DNA of 64,000 nt. It comes from Dictyostelium discoideum (lineage: Eukaryota). The translations under genes and the position numbers were made by a program. The notes under the pieces were generated by a model that saw nothing but the letters and a program-made list of their open reading frames with translations, was not told the origin of the DNA and ran no database searches. Location: positions 3,904,001 through 3,968,000 of the forward strand of contig CM000152.2 in assembly GCA_000004695.1 (NCBI GenBank). The letters run 5' to 3'. Below, in pieces: positions 31,487 to 43,765 of the stretch (positions within the stretch are counted from its first letter, which is position 1; the number at the start of each line of letters is the position of its first letter).

Positions 31487-31880
31487 ATGACACTATTTGG
31501 TAAGTACTTATTTTATAATTTATATTTGAAGGGAAAAAAAAAAAAAAAAAAAAAAAAACTAGGAAACAAGGAAACTAATTAATTAATAAATATTAAAAGC
31601 ATCAATCTCATCAATTTCAAATCCATCAACAAGTTCAAAATCCAGTATCGTATCATTTGGTAGTGGAACAAGTATGGGTTCAAATTCAATTGCATGTGGT
31701 GGTTGTGGAGGTGGAAGTGGTGGTATTCTTGGTTCAGGTTTAGGTTTTGGTTTAGGATTAGGATTAAATTTAAGTGGAGGCTTTAGATCAAGAGGTGCAT
31801 GTCGTGGTAATAATGGTGGTTCTGGCTATCCTGGTAATGGAGGTATGGGTGGAGGAAATGGTTCATGTTGTGGTATTTAA
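31487..31880 (+). CDS. HssA/2C/7E-like protein, subtype 2 (copy G): join(31487..31499,31600..31880)
   Basis: Micro-exon ATGACACTATTTG + GTAAGT donor; acceptor aaAG at 31598-99. Product is [65 protein letters not shown]...[11 protein letters not shown]. Confidence 0.7.
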
Positions 31881-32624
31881 AATATTATAAATTACTATAA
31901 ATATAATAATACTTTATTAAAAATAAAAATGGTGAATTACCAATTATGTTAAAAACAAAACAAATATTTTTTTTAAATTAGGTTTTTTATAAATTAATCT
32001 TTTTTTTATTAAATTAATATTTATCCATAAACCAATTAAATGAAATTGAAATCTTTTATGATGATCTATTTAAATTAATATTTAAAAAAAAGTGATATAT
32101 AAGTTTAGGTGTTTATTATTGTTATTTTTATTACTATTTGAAAATGATATTTTAAATCCATCAATAGTTAAAATTAATCGAATAAAAAAAAGAATTGTAA
32201 GTTGGTAAAATTATTTTTTGAATAGTTGGTGGTATTGTCAAAAATGATATTATTTTTTTTTTTACCACAGTATATTATATTTTTTATATAAAAAATTGTG
32301 GGTTGGGGGTATAATGTTGTCATAATTATATAAATTGTACACTTGAATAATTTTTTTTAATATAATTATTCTATTGATGTATAAACTGTCAAAAAAAGTA
32401 TTACCATATTATAAAAACAGGAAACAAATAATATTAATTATTAAATTTTAATATCAAATTTTTTGAAATTATACTTTTTTGGTAAAACTACAATTTATTA
32501 TTTATTGAAAAAAGGTGATTTATTTTTAAGGTTTTTAAAAAAAAAAAAGATATAAATAAAAAAAAATTAAAAAATTTATTAATCACTTATCAATAAAACA
32601 TTAAATTATAAATCAAAAAATAAA

Positions 32625-32988
32625 ATGACACTTTTTTGTAAGGATTTTATTATTATTTTATTAAATTTATTAAAAAAATGAAAACTAATTAATTTATAAT
32701 TATTAATCATTAAAAGCTTCAATCTCATCAATTTCAAATCCAATGACAAGTTCAAAATCCAGTATAGCATCATTTGGTAGTGGAACAAGTATGGGTTCAA
32801 ATTCAATTGCATGTGGTGGTGGTTGTGGTGGTGGAAGTGGTGGTATTCTTGGTTTAGGTTTAGGATTAGGATTAAATTTATTTGGAGGTTCTAGAGGTGC
32901 TTGTGGTGGTAATAGTGGATCTGGTAATCCTGGTAATGGCCCATGTTCTGGTGGTAAATGTTGTGGAGGTCCATGTTGTGGAATTTAA
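32625..32988 (+). CDS. HssA/2C/7E-like protein, subtype 1 (copy H): join(32625..32637,32717..32988)
   Basis: Micro-exon + GTAAGG donor; acceptor aaAG at 32715-16. Product ends [12 protein letters not shown] and is near-identical to copy J. Confidence 0.7.
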
Positions 32989-33334
32989 AATATTTTAAAA
33001 AATATAAAATATAAATATATATTCGAAATTACTATATATGTTATAATACTTTATTAAAAAATTGGCGAATTTCCAATCATATTAAAAACAAAAATAAATT
33101 AAATCTTTTTGTTTTTAAAAATTTTTAACAAAATGAAATTTAACTATTCTATATTAATTTTTTAATTTTCTGAATTAATGATTCTAAAATTACAAGAGTA
33201 TTTTCATTCCTTTACTATTAATATTAAAATTATAGCTTGAAATTTTAATTTGGTTAAAATTATTGATTTAATTTAAAGGTTAGTGGTATTGTTATTAACG
33301 ATTTTTTTTTTTTAATCAAATAAAAAATTCTTTT

Positions 33335-33353
33335 TTTAAATAATTGTAGAGTG
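33335..33353. promoter_or_regulatory. conserved G-rich motif GTGGGTGTGGGGTTT (type-2 variant) ~310 bp upstream of array copy I
   Basis: The type-2 spacer variant is also at 30093-30110, 31158-31174 and 35593-35606. Each is followed by the conserved ATGATAATCGTTATCGTTTTTATTATT. Confidence 0.4.
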
Positions 33354-33647
33354 GGTGTGGGGTTTATTATTTTAATTATAATCGTTAACGTTTTTATTTT
33401 ATTCAAAAACAAAAATTGATCTTATTAATAATAAAAATATTTTTCTAATAAATGTATAATCTGTTAAAAAGAGTATATTCATCTAATAAAAATCACAAAA
33501 TGTAGAATATTAATTATTTTAATTTTAGTTTAACTTTTTGACTTTGTACTTTTAGCAATTCCCTAAAAAAAAGCTATAAATAAAATTTAAATTAAAAATT
33601 AATTTATCACTCTTCAGTAAATTATTAAATTATTCATCAAAAATAAA

Positions 33648-34030
33648 ATGACACTTTTTTGTAAGGATTTAATATTATTTAATAATTAATAGTTTTTAAG
33701 AAAAGAAAAAAAAAAATTAAACTAATAAATTAATTTTTATTAAAAGCTTCAATCTCATCAATTTCAAATCCAATGACAAGTTCAAAATCCAGTATTTCAT
33801 CATTTGGTAGTGGAACAAGTATAGGTTCAAATTCAATTGCATGTGGTGGTTGTGGAGGTGGAAGTGGTGGTATTCTTGGTTCAGGTTTAGGTATAGGTTT
33901 AGGTTTGGGTTTAGATTTAACTGGAGGCTCTAGAACAAGAGGGTCATGTCGTGGTAATGGCGGATCAAGCAATCCTGTTAATGGTCATGGAGGCATGGGA
34001 GGCGGAAATGGTTCATGTTGTGGAATTTAA
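33648..34030 (+). CDS. HssA/2C/7E-like protein, subtype 2 (copy I): join(33648..33660,33747..34030)
   Basis: Micro-exon + GTAAGG donor; acceptor aaAG at 33745-46. Product ends [13 protein letters not shown]. Confidence 0.7.
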
Positions 34031-34743
34031 ATGTTATAAAATATATATTCAAAACTATTAATAATATAATAATACTTTATTTAAAATAAAAATGGTGAAT
34101 TACCAATAGTGTTTATATAAAAATATAAACTTTAATTTATTTGTATTTTCTATTTATCTATAAATAAACTCAATAAATAAAATTGAACTTTAAAAATGAT
34201 TTATTAAAATAAAATTTTCAATGAAAATTTTAAAAAAAGTGATATAATAATTTATTGATTATATCAGTTTAAGTGTTCATTATTGTTTATTATATTTAGA
34301 AGTGATATTTTTAAGATTATTTTCATTCCATCTCTAATTAAAATTAATCTATTTAAAAAAAAAAAGATTTGTAAGTTGGTAAAAGTTATTTTTTGTAAAG
34401 TTGGTGGTATTGTCAAAAATGATATTATTTTTTTTCAACACAATAAATTTTATTTTTTATTTAATTAATTTGTGGGTTGGGGTATAAAGTTGTTATAATT
34501 TATTAATTGTACACTAGAATTAATATTTTAATTTAATTTATTTTTAATTAAATTTAATTTTTCTATTAATGTATAAACTGTTAAAAAAAGTATTATCATC
34601 TAATAAAAACACAAAACAAATAATATTAATTATTAAATTTTAATGTAAAACTTTTTGAAATTACTTTTTTGGTTAAATTACAAATTATTATTTATTGAAA
34701 AAAGGTGATTTATTTTTTAAGGTTTTCTAAAAAAAAATAAGAT

Positions 34744-34774
<31 letters not shown>

Positions 34775-34818
34775 TATTCACTCATCAATAAAATATTAAA
34801 CTATAAATCAAAAATAAA

Positions 34819-35189
34819 ATGACACTTTTTTGTAAGGACTTAATATTATTTTAGATTATAAAGTTTATAATTATAAAAAAAAAATGAAAACTAATTAATT
34901 TAAATTAATAATTATAGCATCAATCTCATCAATTTCAAATCCAATGACAAATTCAAAATCCAGAATATCATCATTTGGTAGTGGAACAAGTATGGGTTCA
35001 AATTCAATTGCATGTGGTGGTGGTTGTGGAGGTGGAAGTGGTGGTATTCTTGGTTTAGGTTTAGGATTAGGATTAAATTTATTTGGAGGTTCTAGAGGTG
35101 CTTGTGGTGGTAATAGTGGATCTAGTAATCCTGGTAATGGCCCATGTTCTGGTGGTAAATGTTGTGGAGGTTCATGTTGTGGAATTTAA
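34819..35189 (+). CDS. HssA/2C/7E-like protein, subtype 1 (copy J): join(34819..34831,34918..35189)
   Basis: Micro-exon + GTAAGG donor; acceptor tatAG at 34916-17. Product ends [12 protein letters not shown]. Confidence 0.7.
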
Positions 35190-35910
35190 AATATTAAAAA
35201 ATTATTAAATATATATACATTCGAAACTACACTAAAAGTAATAAGACTTTATTTAAAAATTGGCGAATTTCAAATTATATTAAAAAAAATCAAAATAAAT
35301 TAAATCTTTATTACCATATTATTATGTTAACTCTTTTGCAATGATTGATTATATAATATTTATTAAAATTAAAAAACCAACTATTGAATATATCAGTTTG
35401 ATATTTAATTATTGTTCTGAACTTAATGATTTATAACATCTTAAAAATATTTTCATTCCTTCAATATTAATTATTTAAAATTAGATTGAAATTGTGACCT
35501 GATTATTATTTATCTAATTTAAAGGTTGGTGGTATTGTTATAAATGATTTATTTTTTAACCACTAAAAATTTCTTTTTTAAAATAATTGTAGATTGGGTG
35601 TGGGGTTTTATATTTAATGATAATCGTTATCGTTTTTATTATTTTAAAAAATAAAATTTGATTTTATAATTAAAAAAAAAAAAAATTTCCAATAAATGTG
35701 TTAACTTTTAAAAAAAGTATATTCATCTAATAAATAACAAGGTAGAATATTAATTATTATAATTTTTAATTCAACTTTTTGATATTATACTTTTATTTTA
35801 CAAACATTTTTGCAATTCCCTAAAAAAAAACCTATAAAAAATAAAAAATAAATTTTAAATTCTATTCATCACTCATCAGTAAATTATTAAATTATAAATC
35901 AAAAAATAAA

Positions 35911-36261
35911 ATGACACTTTTCTGTAAGGATTATTTAATAATTTATAGTTTTAAAAAAAAAAACAAAAAAAAACTAATAAATTAATTATTATCAATAGCA
36001 TCAATCTCATCAATTTCAAATCCAATGACAAGTTCAAAATCCAGTATTGCATCATTTGGTAGTGGAACAAGTATGGGTTCAAATTCAATTGCATGTGGTG
36101 GTGGTTGTGGTGGAAGTGATGGTATTCTTGGTTTAGGCTTAGGTTTAAGTTTAGGTTTAGGTTTAGGTTTAAATTTAACTGGAGGTTCTAGATCTAGAGG
36201 TGGTTGTGGTGGTAGTAATGGAAGTATGGGTGGAGGAAATGGTTCATGTTGTGGTATTTAA
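35911..36261 (+). CDS. HssA/2C/7E-like protein, subtype 2 (copy K): join(35911..35923,35999..36261)
   Basis: Micro-exon ATGACACTTTTCT + GTAAGG donor; acceptor aatAG at 35997-98. Product ends [12 protein letters not shown]. Confidence 0.7.
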
Positions 36262-36484
36262 AATAATTAAAAAATTATAAAAATATATATACATTAAACA
36301 TTACTATAAATGTAAAATTACTTTAATTAAAATAATCCAAAATGATAAAAAAAAAATAAACTAAATTAAGGCTTTTTTTTTTTTTATAAATTTGATATTT
36401 TATTTAAATTTAATCTTTATTACTAAAAATGGTTGATTTCCAATTTATTAAATAAAATAAAATAATTTATATATATATTGTTTT

Positions 36485-36922
36485 TTACCAAGAAATCATT
36501 ATTGAACCCATTATTATTATTAATGGAAATGCTAAAGAAAATTGAACAAGATTATTTTTAATTTCTGTTGTTCTAAAATATAAATATTCTACAACATGAT
36601 GACCCAAACCATAAACAAATGTCATCCAAGTAAAGAAAAATAATGTTTTATTTTCAATATCTTGTGAACATGCAATAGCCATTGAACCAGTTGTAAAAAA
36701 CCATAAAAATGCAATTCTTGAGAATAATCCTAAAAATACTAATTTAATTTTATATTAATAAAAATTATTCAATTATGATTTTAAAATATATATATATCTA
36801 CCTTCTTTTTTTACATTTGGATATGCGTAACTAAAAATGGATACAGGGTTAATTAAAAATTTAAAAGAACAAAATAATCTGAAACATCCAATAAAAAATA
36901 AAAAATATTGTAATAATTGCAT
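36485..36922 (-). CDS. small multi-pass membrane protein (~121 aa), hypothetical, 2 exons: complement(join(36485..36729,36802..36922))
   Basis: Exon 1 is MQLLQYFLFFIGCFRLFCSFKFLINPVSIFSYAYPNVKKE+G, followed by a GTAGAT donor at 36801; acceptor ttttAG at 36731-30. Exon 2 is GLFSRIAFLWFFTTGSMAIACSQDIENKTLFFFTWMTFVYGLGHHVVEYLYF...IMISW. Three to four hydrophobic helices. Confidence 0.5.
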
Positions 36923-37050
36923 TTTAATCTTTTTTAAACTATGCAAAATATTTTATTTAAAAAAAAATAATAATAATAATAATTTATTAATAAAGTTTTA
37001 TAATATTAAGTTTTAATAATAATTTTACCACTTTCTCAATTGGTGTGTAA

Positions 37051-37100
<50 letters not shown>

Positions 37101-37869
37101 GGATGTTTAAAAAATAAAAATATTTATTTTAAAACAGTCGACTAAAAAAAAAAAAAAAAAAAAAATTAAAAATTAAAAATGACCTTTTTTGTATACAATT
37201 TTATCAATATTATTAGTAAAAATCCCATAAATGTCAACGAAGAGTACAAAGTAAAGTAATCTCGATTTGAAATCAGGTTTAAACATTTTTTTTTTTTTTT
37301 TCAAATAATTTGTGACCTATAAAAAAAAAAAAATTACATTTTTGAAACACGTTGGCAAAGTTTAACCAAAAAAGATGGAATGAAAAAAGGTGGTTTTAAG
37401 AAAAAAAAAAAAAAAAAAATAAAAAAAAAAATAAAAAAATAAAAAAAAAAAAATAAAAAAATAAAAATCTAAAAAATTTCGTTTTATCAGAAATTAAAAA
37501 AAAAAAAATAAAAAATAAAATATAAAATTAAACGGAAAAAAAAAAAAATTAATACGATTACAATAAAATTTATTCTATTTTATTTTGTTTTCTTTGATTG
37601 TTATAATCAATTTTAAAAAAATTAATAAATAAAATAAAATAAAATAAATAATTCTGAAAAATTATGATCATTGGGCTTTTATTTTAATCGAAACAAGATC
37701 ACACACACATATATATATTTAGATTCAAAATTGAAGGGGTATGGTAAGATCAAAAATCACACAATCCTTTTTTTTTTTTTTTTTTTTTTTTGGTTCCTTT
37801 TTTGAATTCTTTTTTTTTTTTTAATTTTTTTTTTTTTATTTTAATTTTATTTTATTTATTTTCAATTTA

Positions 37870-37918
<49 letters not shown>

Positions 37919-39684
37919 TTTTCAAATCACACACTCACTCCTCACTCACCCACCCACCCACTATGTTTTGATGGTTTTAAAAATATTTTATATTATAATT
38001 TTGTGTAGATTTCTGCAATAAGTCAAAAAGACAAAACAAAAAACCACTCACACACCCACTCTCTCTCTCTCACTCACTCTCTCACTCACTCCTCACTCAC
38101 TAAATATATAATTTCATTATGATATTTGTTTTTGAAAGGAAATAAAAAAAAAAAAAGAAAAAAAAAAAAAAAAAAAGAAAAATTTAAACCTCAACACAAA
38201 AATTTTTGTTTTTTTTTGTTTTTTTTTTTTTAATTATTTTTATTATTATTATTTACATATAATATATGAAAAAGCATCAATCATTTATTCAATAGTATAA
38301 AGAACAATCTTAAAAAGAAAAGAAAAAATAAATAAATAAAAAAAAAAAAAAATAAAATAAAATAAAATAAAATAAAATAAAAAATAAATAAAAAATAAAT
38401 TAAAAATAAATAAAAAAAATAAATAAAAAAATAAATAAATAAAAAAATAAAAAATAAATAAAAATTTATAATAAAGAATAATCTTAATCAGTAGAAAGAA
38501 AAAAAAATTAGTTTTCTATAGGTAAAAAAAAAAAAAATTTGTCATTGTTAATCACATTTTTAATGAATCGCAATCATTTTAAATCTTTTTTTTTTTTTTT
38601 AGATATAAAAATAAAGAAATAAAAAAATGAATCATAAAAATAAAAAATAAAAAAAAAAATAATAATAGTGCCAAACTCAATAATTAATGATTATTTGTAT
38701 TTTATTTAGTTTTATTTAATATTATTTTTTATTTTATTTTATTTTATTTTTTTTTTGTTTTTTTTTTTCATGACCAAGATTGTGTTTGTGTGGGTATAAA
38801 TAAAAATTATTATTTTATTTTTTTAATTAAATCCATTTTAAACCCACTCTTTAATTACAAATTTAACAAGAAAAAAATAGAAAAAAACAAAAAAAAAAAA
38901 AAACAAAAACAAAAAAATTAATTAATAGTGGTAGTAAAAATAAATATTTCAATAGTATCTTTATAGCTTTTTATAATTTTTTTTAAAAAAAAAAAAAAAA
39001 AAAAAAAGTAAATAATAGGATTTTTAAAAATAAAATTTGTGTGTTTGATATTTTTAGTTTTCAAACAAAAAAATAAAAAAATTTTATAAATTATTTCCAA
39101 TAGAACCAATTTCGATGAAATTTTAACCAATAAAGTCAAAATTATTATAATAATTATTTGCAATAAATAAAATAAAATTCAAATAATCTAAAAATGATCA
39201 AAATTAAAAATAGGATCTCACGTATACACATTATCAACAATAATAAAAAAAAAAAAAATTTTAAATTAAAAATTAAAAATTTAAAATAAAAAATCAAAAT
39301 TAAAAATAAAAGATAAAAAATTAAAATAGTTTTGTAATATTTAGAATTAATATATATATATAGTTAAATTACTATTTTTATAAATGTTGTTAAAAAAAAA
39401 AAAAATTATAATAGATAAACAACATATATAAAAATAATAATTATATATATCTATATTTCCTATAATATATATATTATATCAAATTGTGTTTATTTTAGGT
39501 GGTTATACGTTAAAAAAAATATTTTATTTTAAATTTATTTTTATTTTATTTTTTTTTTTTTTTTCTGAAAAAAAAAAAAAAAAAAAAACACACACAAATA
39601 TTTCACAGATAAATATTTATAATAATAATTATTATTATTATTATTTAATTAATTTTAAAAAAAATAAAAAAACTAAAAGGTGGG

Positions 39685-39728
<44 letters not shown>

Positions 39729-40199
39729 ATTATCTATTATTTTTTTATTTTTTTTTTTTTTTTTTTTAATGTAAACAACTTCCTGTTCATAAAATAATTT
39801 TTATATAAATAAAAACATAGTTTAATCAAACACAAACACGCACATAATAATTAAACGTTAAAAAAAAAAAAGTGTACTACAAAAAATAAAATAAAACAAA
39901 TCATATTAATTAAATAAAACAAACCCTTTTACTCATTAAATATTGCTAATTTTGACAACTTTTTTTTGTAAATTAAATTTTTTTTTTTTTTTTCTCATTT
40001 TTTTGAAAAACTATTTTTTGTTTCATTTTTTTTTTTTTTTTTTTTTTTTATTACATTATATGTTTATATCACACTCGACAACACACTCACATAACCACAA
40101 TATTGTTTTTTTTTTTTTTTTGTTATTATTAAAAAAAAAAAACAAAAAAATTGTTTCATTTGAAACAAATAAAATAATAAACTAACTTTTTATCTATTT

Positions 40200-40232
<33 letters not shown>

Positions 40233-40291
40233 TGTATTTATATATTTATTTTATATATATTTAAAAAAAAAAAAAAAAAAAAAAAAATAAA

Positions 40292-42934
40292 ATGAAGATT
40301 TTTCAAATTCAATGCTCATCTTTCAAGGAAAGTAGATGGCAAAAAAGTAAATGTGACAATTGTTTAAAATTTCATATAGACATCAATAACAATAGTAAAA
40401 CCTCAAATACAGATACAGACTTTGACGCCAATACAAATATAAATTCAAACATAAACTCAAATATAAATTCAAATATAAATATAAATAATAGCGGAAACAA
40501 TAATAAAAACAGTAATAATATAGAAATTACTGAAAATATTGATAATAAAGCGAAAATAATCAATAAACATATAAAAACTATAACAAATTCAAAACCAATA
40601 CCAATACCAATACCAACACCAACACCAATAAGTATAAAAGAAAAAGAAAAAGAAAAAGAAAAAGAAAAAGAAAAAGAAAAAGAAAAAGAAAAAGAAAAAG
40701 AAAAAGAAATGAAATCAACAATTAATTTACGTTCAGAGGATACAACATCAAATAAATCAACTATAGTTTTTACAGAATGTTTAGAATATAAAGGTCATCA
40801 ATGGAGACCAAATATATGTGTAACATGTTTTTCACCAAAGAATAAACATAAAAATGTTTTACCAGAAACTAGTACACCATTGATTTCACAATCATCCCAA
40901 ACATCAACTATAACACCATCATCCTCTTCAACCTCTACATCTACTTCATCAATTTCTACACATAAAACTGCAAATAATAAAACTGTAATCACTTATATCT
41001 CTTCAACAACTACAACTACAACAACTTCATCATCATCATCATCACCACCATCTTCATCAATTGCTGGTATCACAAATCCAACCTCAAGATCATCTTCACC
41101 AATACTAAAATCAGTACCACCCTCAGCTTATTCAAATGTTGTTATTCCAATTAATAATATCAATAATAGTAATAGCAATAGCAGTAGTGGTGGTGGTAAT
41201 AATAATAATAAATCAATTTCAACACCATCATCACCAATTATATCAAGACCAATAACAAATAAAATTAATAATAATAATAATAATAATCAACCACAATTAC
41301 ATTATAATCAACCACAAAGTTCAAGTGTTTCAACAACATCATCACCAATAATTAGACCAGTATTGAGAAGACAATTTCAATCATTCCCATCGAATCCAAA
41401 AATTTCAAAAGCAATATTAGAACAATGTAATATCATTAATAATAATAGCAATAGCAATAATAGCAATAATAAGGACCCAGTAATACTTTGTAAATATACA
41501 ATAGAATCACAACCAAAGAGTAATATATCGGTTTTAAAACCAACTTTGGTTGAATTTATAAATCAACCCGATAGTAAAGATGATGAATCATCAGTAAAAT
41601 CACCACCATTACCAGTGGAGTCACAACCAATATTCAATTCAAAACAAAGTGCAACAATGGATGGAATTACCACTCATAAATCAGTATCGATTACGATTTC
41701 CACATCGACATCACCATCTTCAACAACCACAACCACATCAACTACCACTTCAATTATAGCAGAAGAACCATCGAGTCCAATATTACCAACTGCATCACCA
41801 TCCTCCTCTTCTTCATCGATAATTACAACCGCAACTGCTTCAACAATACCAATGTCACCTTCATTACCATCAATACCATTTCATGAGTTTGAAACAATGG
41901 AATCCTCTACCACAACAACTTTATTATCAGAAAATAATGGTGGTGGTGGAGGCAGTAGTTGTAATGATAATAGTAGAAGAAATAGTTTGAATATCTTACC
42001 ATTAAGATTAAAATCATTCTCATTTTCTGCTCCACAATCTGATTCAATGATTGAACAACCAGAAGATGATCCATTTTTTGATTTTGAAGATTTATCAGAT
42101 GATGATGATAGTAATGATAATGATGATGAAGAATTAAAAGAAATAAATGGTGAAAAAATAATACAACAAAATGATCTCACTCCAACTACTACAATAACCT
42201 CAACTACAACAATTTTACAAAGTCCAACACTCGAAAAAACTTTATCAACTACAACAACTACAACTATACCATCACCATCAACAAATTCAAGGTCTATTTG
42301 TAATACTTTAATGGATAGTACAGATTCGATTAATAATACAAATACAAATACAAATACAAATACAAATACAAATACAAATACAAATACAAATACAAATACA
42401 AATACAAATACAAATGCAAATATTAATAATAAAGTATCGACTACAACTACAACCACAACAACTAAGAGGAGATCATTAAAGATGGATCAATTTAAAGAGA
42501 AAGAGGATGAATGGGATCAAGGTGTTGATTTAACATCATTTTTAAAGAGAAAACCAACATTACAAAGAGATTTCAGTTATTGTAATAATAAAGTAATGGA
42601 AATTTCAAGTGTAAAAGAAGAAGCCAAACGGTTACATGGTGGTACTGGATATATTCATCAATTTGCATTTGAAGCATTTAAAGATATTTTAGAGGCAAAA
42701 CAAACTCAAATCAATAGAGCTTTTTGTTCTCAAAAAATTGATGCTCCAGATTGTGAAATGTTAATAAATGAAATTAACACTGCAAAGAAATTATTGGAAG
42801 ATTTATTAGAATTAAATAGTAATAGTAGTGGTAGTGGTAATAATAGTAATGATAATAGCGGTTCCTCATCACCTTCTTCTTCAAAAACAAATACTTTAAA
42901 TCAACAATCAATTTGTATAAAGAGTGAAATTTAA
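40292..42934 (+). CDS. Ser/Thr/Asn-rich hypothetical protein (880 aa) with duplicated N-terminal Cys/Trp motif and a conserved-looking C-terminal domain
   Basis: Single long ORF. The N-terminus holds two copies of F-x2-C-x2-[FY]-K-x3-W-x4-C-x2-C-x4-5-H (CSSFKESRWQKSKCDNCLKFH and CLEYKGHQWRPNICVTCFSPKNKH). (GAAAAA)n encodes (KE)n and (CAAATA)n encodes (NT)n. The non-repetitive C-terminus runs ~120 aa (KMDQFKEKEDEWDQGVDLTSFLKRK...LEDLLELN). Confidence 0.65.
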   Translation: MKIFQIQCSSFKESRWQKSKCDNCLKFHIDINNNSKTSNTDTDFDANTNINSNINSNINSNININNSGNNNKNSNNIEITENIDNKAKIINKHIKTITNSKPIPIPIPTPTPISIKEKEKEKEKEKEKEKEKEKEKEKEMKSTINLRSEDTTSNKSTIVFTECLEYKGHQWRPNICVTCFSPKNKHKNVLPETSTPLISQSSQTSTITPSSSSTSTSTSSISTHKTANNKTVITYISSTTTTTTTSSSSSSPPSSSIAGITNPTSRSSSPILKSVPPSAYSNVVIPINNINNSNSNSSSGGGNNNNKSISTPSSPIISRPITNKINNNNNNNQPQLHYNQPQSSSVSTTSSPIIRPVLRRQFQSFPSNPKISKAILEQCNIINNNSNSNNSNNKDPVILCKYTIESQPKSNISVLKPTLVEFINQPDSKDDESSVKSPPLPVESQPIFNSKQSATMDGITTHKSVSITISTSTSPSSTTTTTSTTTSIIAEEPSSPILPTASPSSSSSSIITTATASTIPMSPSLPSIPFHEFETMESSTTTTLLSENNGGGGGSSCNDNSRRNSLNILPLRLKSFSFSAPQSDSMIEQPEDDPFFDFEDLSDDDDSNDNDDEELKEINGEKIIQQNDLTPTTTITSTTTILQSPTLEKTLSTTTTTTIPSPSTNSRSICNTLMDSTDSINNTNTNTNTNTNTNTNTNTNTNTNTNTNANINNKVSTTTTTTTTKRRSLKMDQFKEKEDEWDQGVDLTSFLKRKPTLQRDFSYCNNKVMEISSVKEEAKRLHGGTGYIHQFAFEAFKDILEAKQTQINRAFCSQKIDAPDCEMLINEINTAKKLLEDLLELNSNSSGSGNNSNDNSGSSSPSSSKTNTLNQQSICIKSEI
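42336..42415. repeat. (CAAATA)n in CDS encoding (NT)n; (GAAAAA)n at 40635-40710 encoding (KE)n
   Basis: Direct reading of the sequence. Confidence 0.9.
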
Positions 42935-43336
42935 GGACTATATAAAAAAAAAAAAAAAAAAAACAAAAAATTTAAAATTTAAAAAAAAAAAAAAAAAAAA
43001 GAAAAACCTAATTGTAAATAAAAAAAAGTAAATAATAAAAAAAGAAAAAGTGACAATATATATATAAATATACATTTAAAGTCACAACCTATTAAAAAAA
43101 TTTAAACAAAAAAAAATATTGTTTGATCTAAATTTTTTTTTTTTTTTTTTTTGGGAAAATCTAAAAATCTAATGAACACTGAAAGAACTGTTTGATATCT
43201 CTTTTAATCTTTTTTTATAAAACTGTTTGATATCTCTTTTAATCTTTTTTTTCATTTTTTTTTTTTTTTTATAAATTTTTTTATTTTTTTTATTTTTATA
43301 ATTTCTATTTACTATTATTACTATATTTTATATTTT

Positions 43337-43730
43337 TTAATGTCTGTTATTTCTTTTGGTTTCAAAGTATGGATCATCTTCGTCTCTGTGTTTATTTAAA
43401 TATTGCATTGGTACAGCTGATGCACATGGGTGTGGTGGTAATGGTCTTCTTTCGACATTCATGTCGATTAAAAATGCAATTGATAATGTTGCTGCAATAC
43501 CAATTAAAGCAACTTTAGCATTCTTATTATAATTAAATGGTTTAACACACCAATAACCTAAAATTTGTTATGTTATATTAATTTATTTGTATTTTTTTTT
43601 TTTTTTTTTTGATGGTATTTAGTTTTTTGATGGTTTTTGTTTTTTTTGATAGTTTTTTGTTTATATTTATATTTATATTTTATTTTGATTGAAAATATTG
43701 ATTGGTTAGATGAATGAAGAGTAATTGATG

Positions 43731-43765
<35 letters not shown>

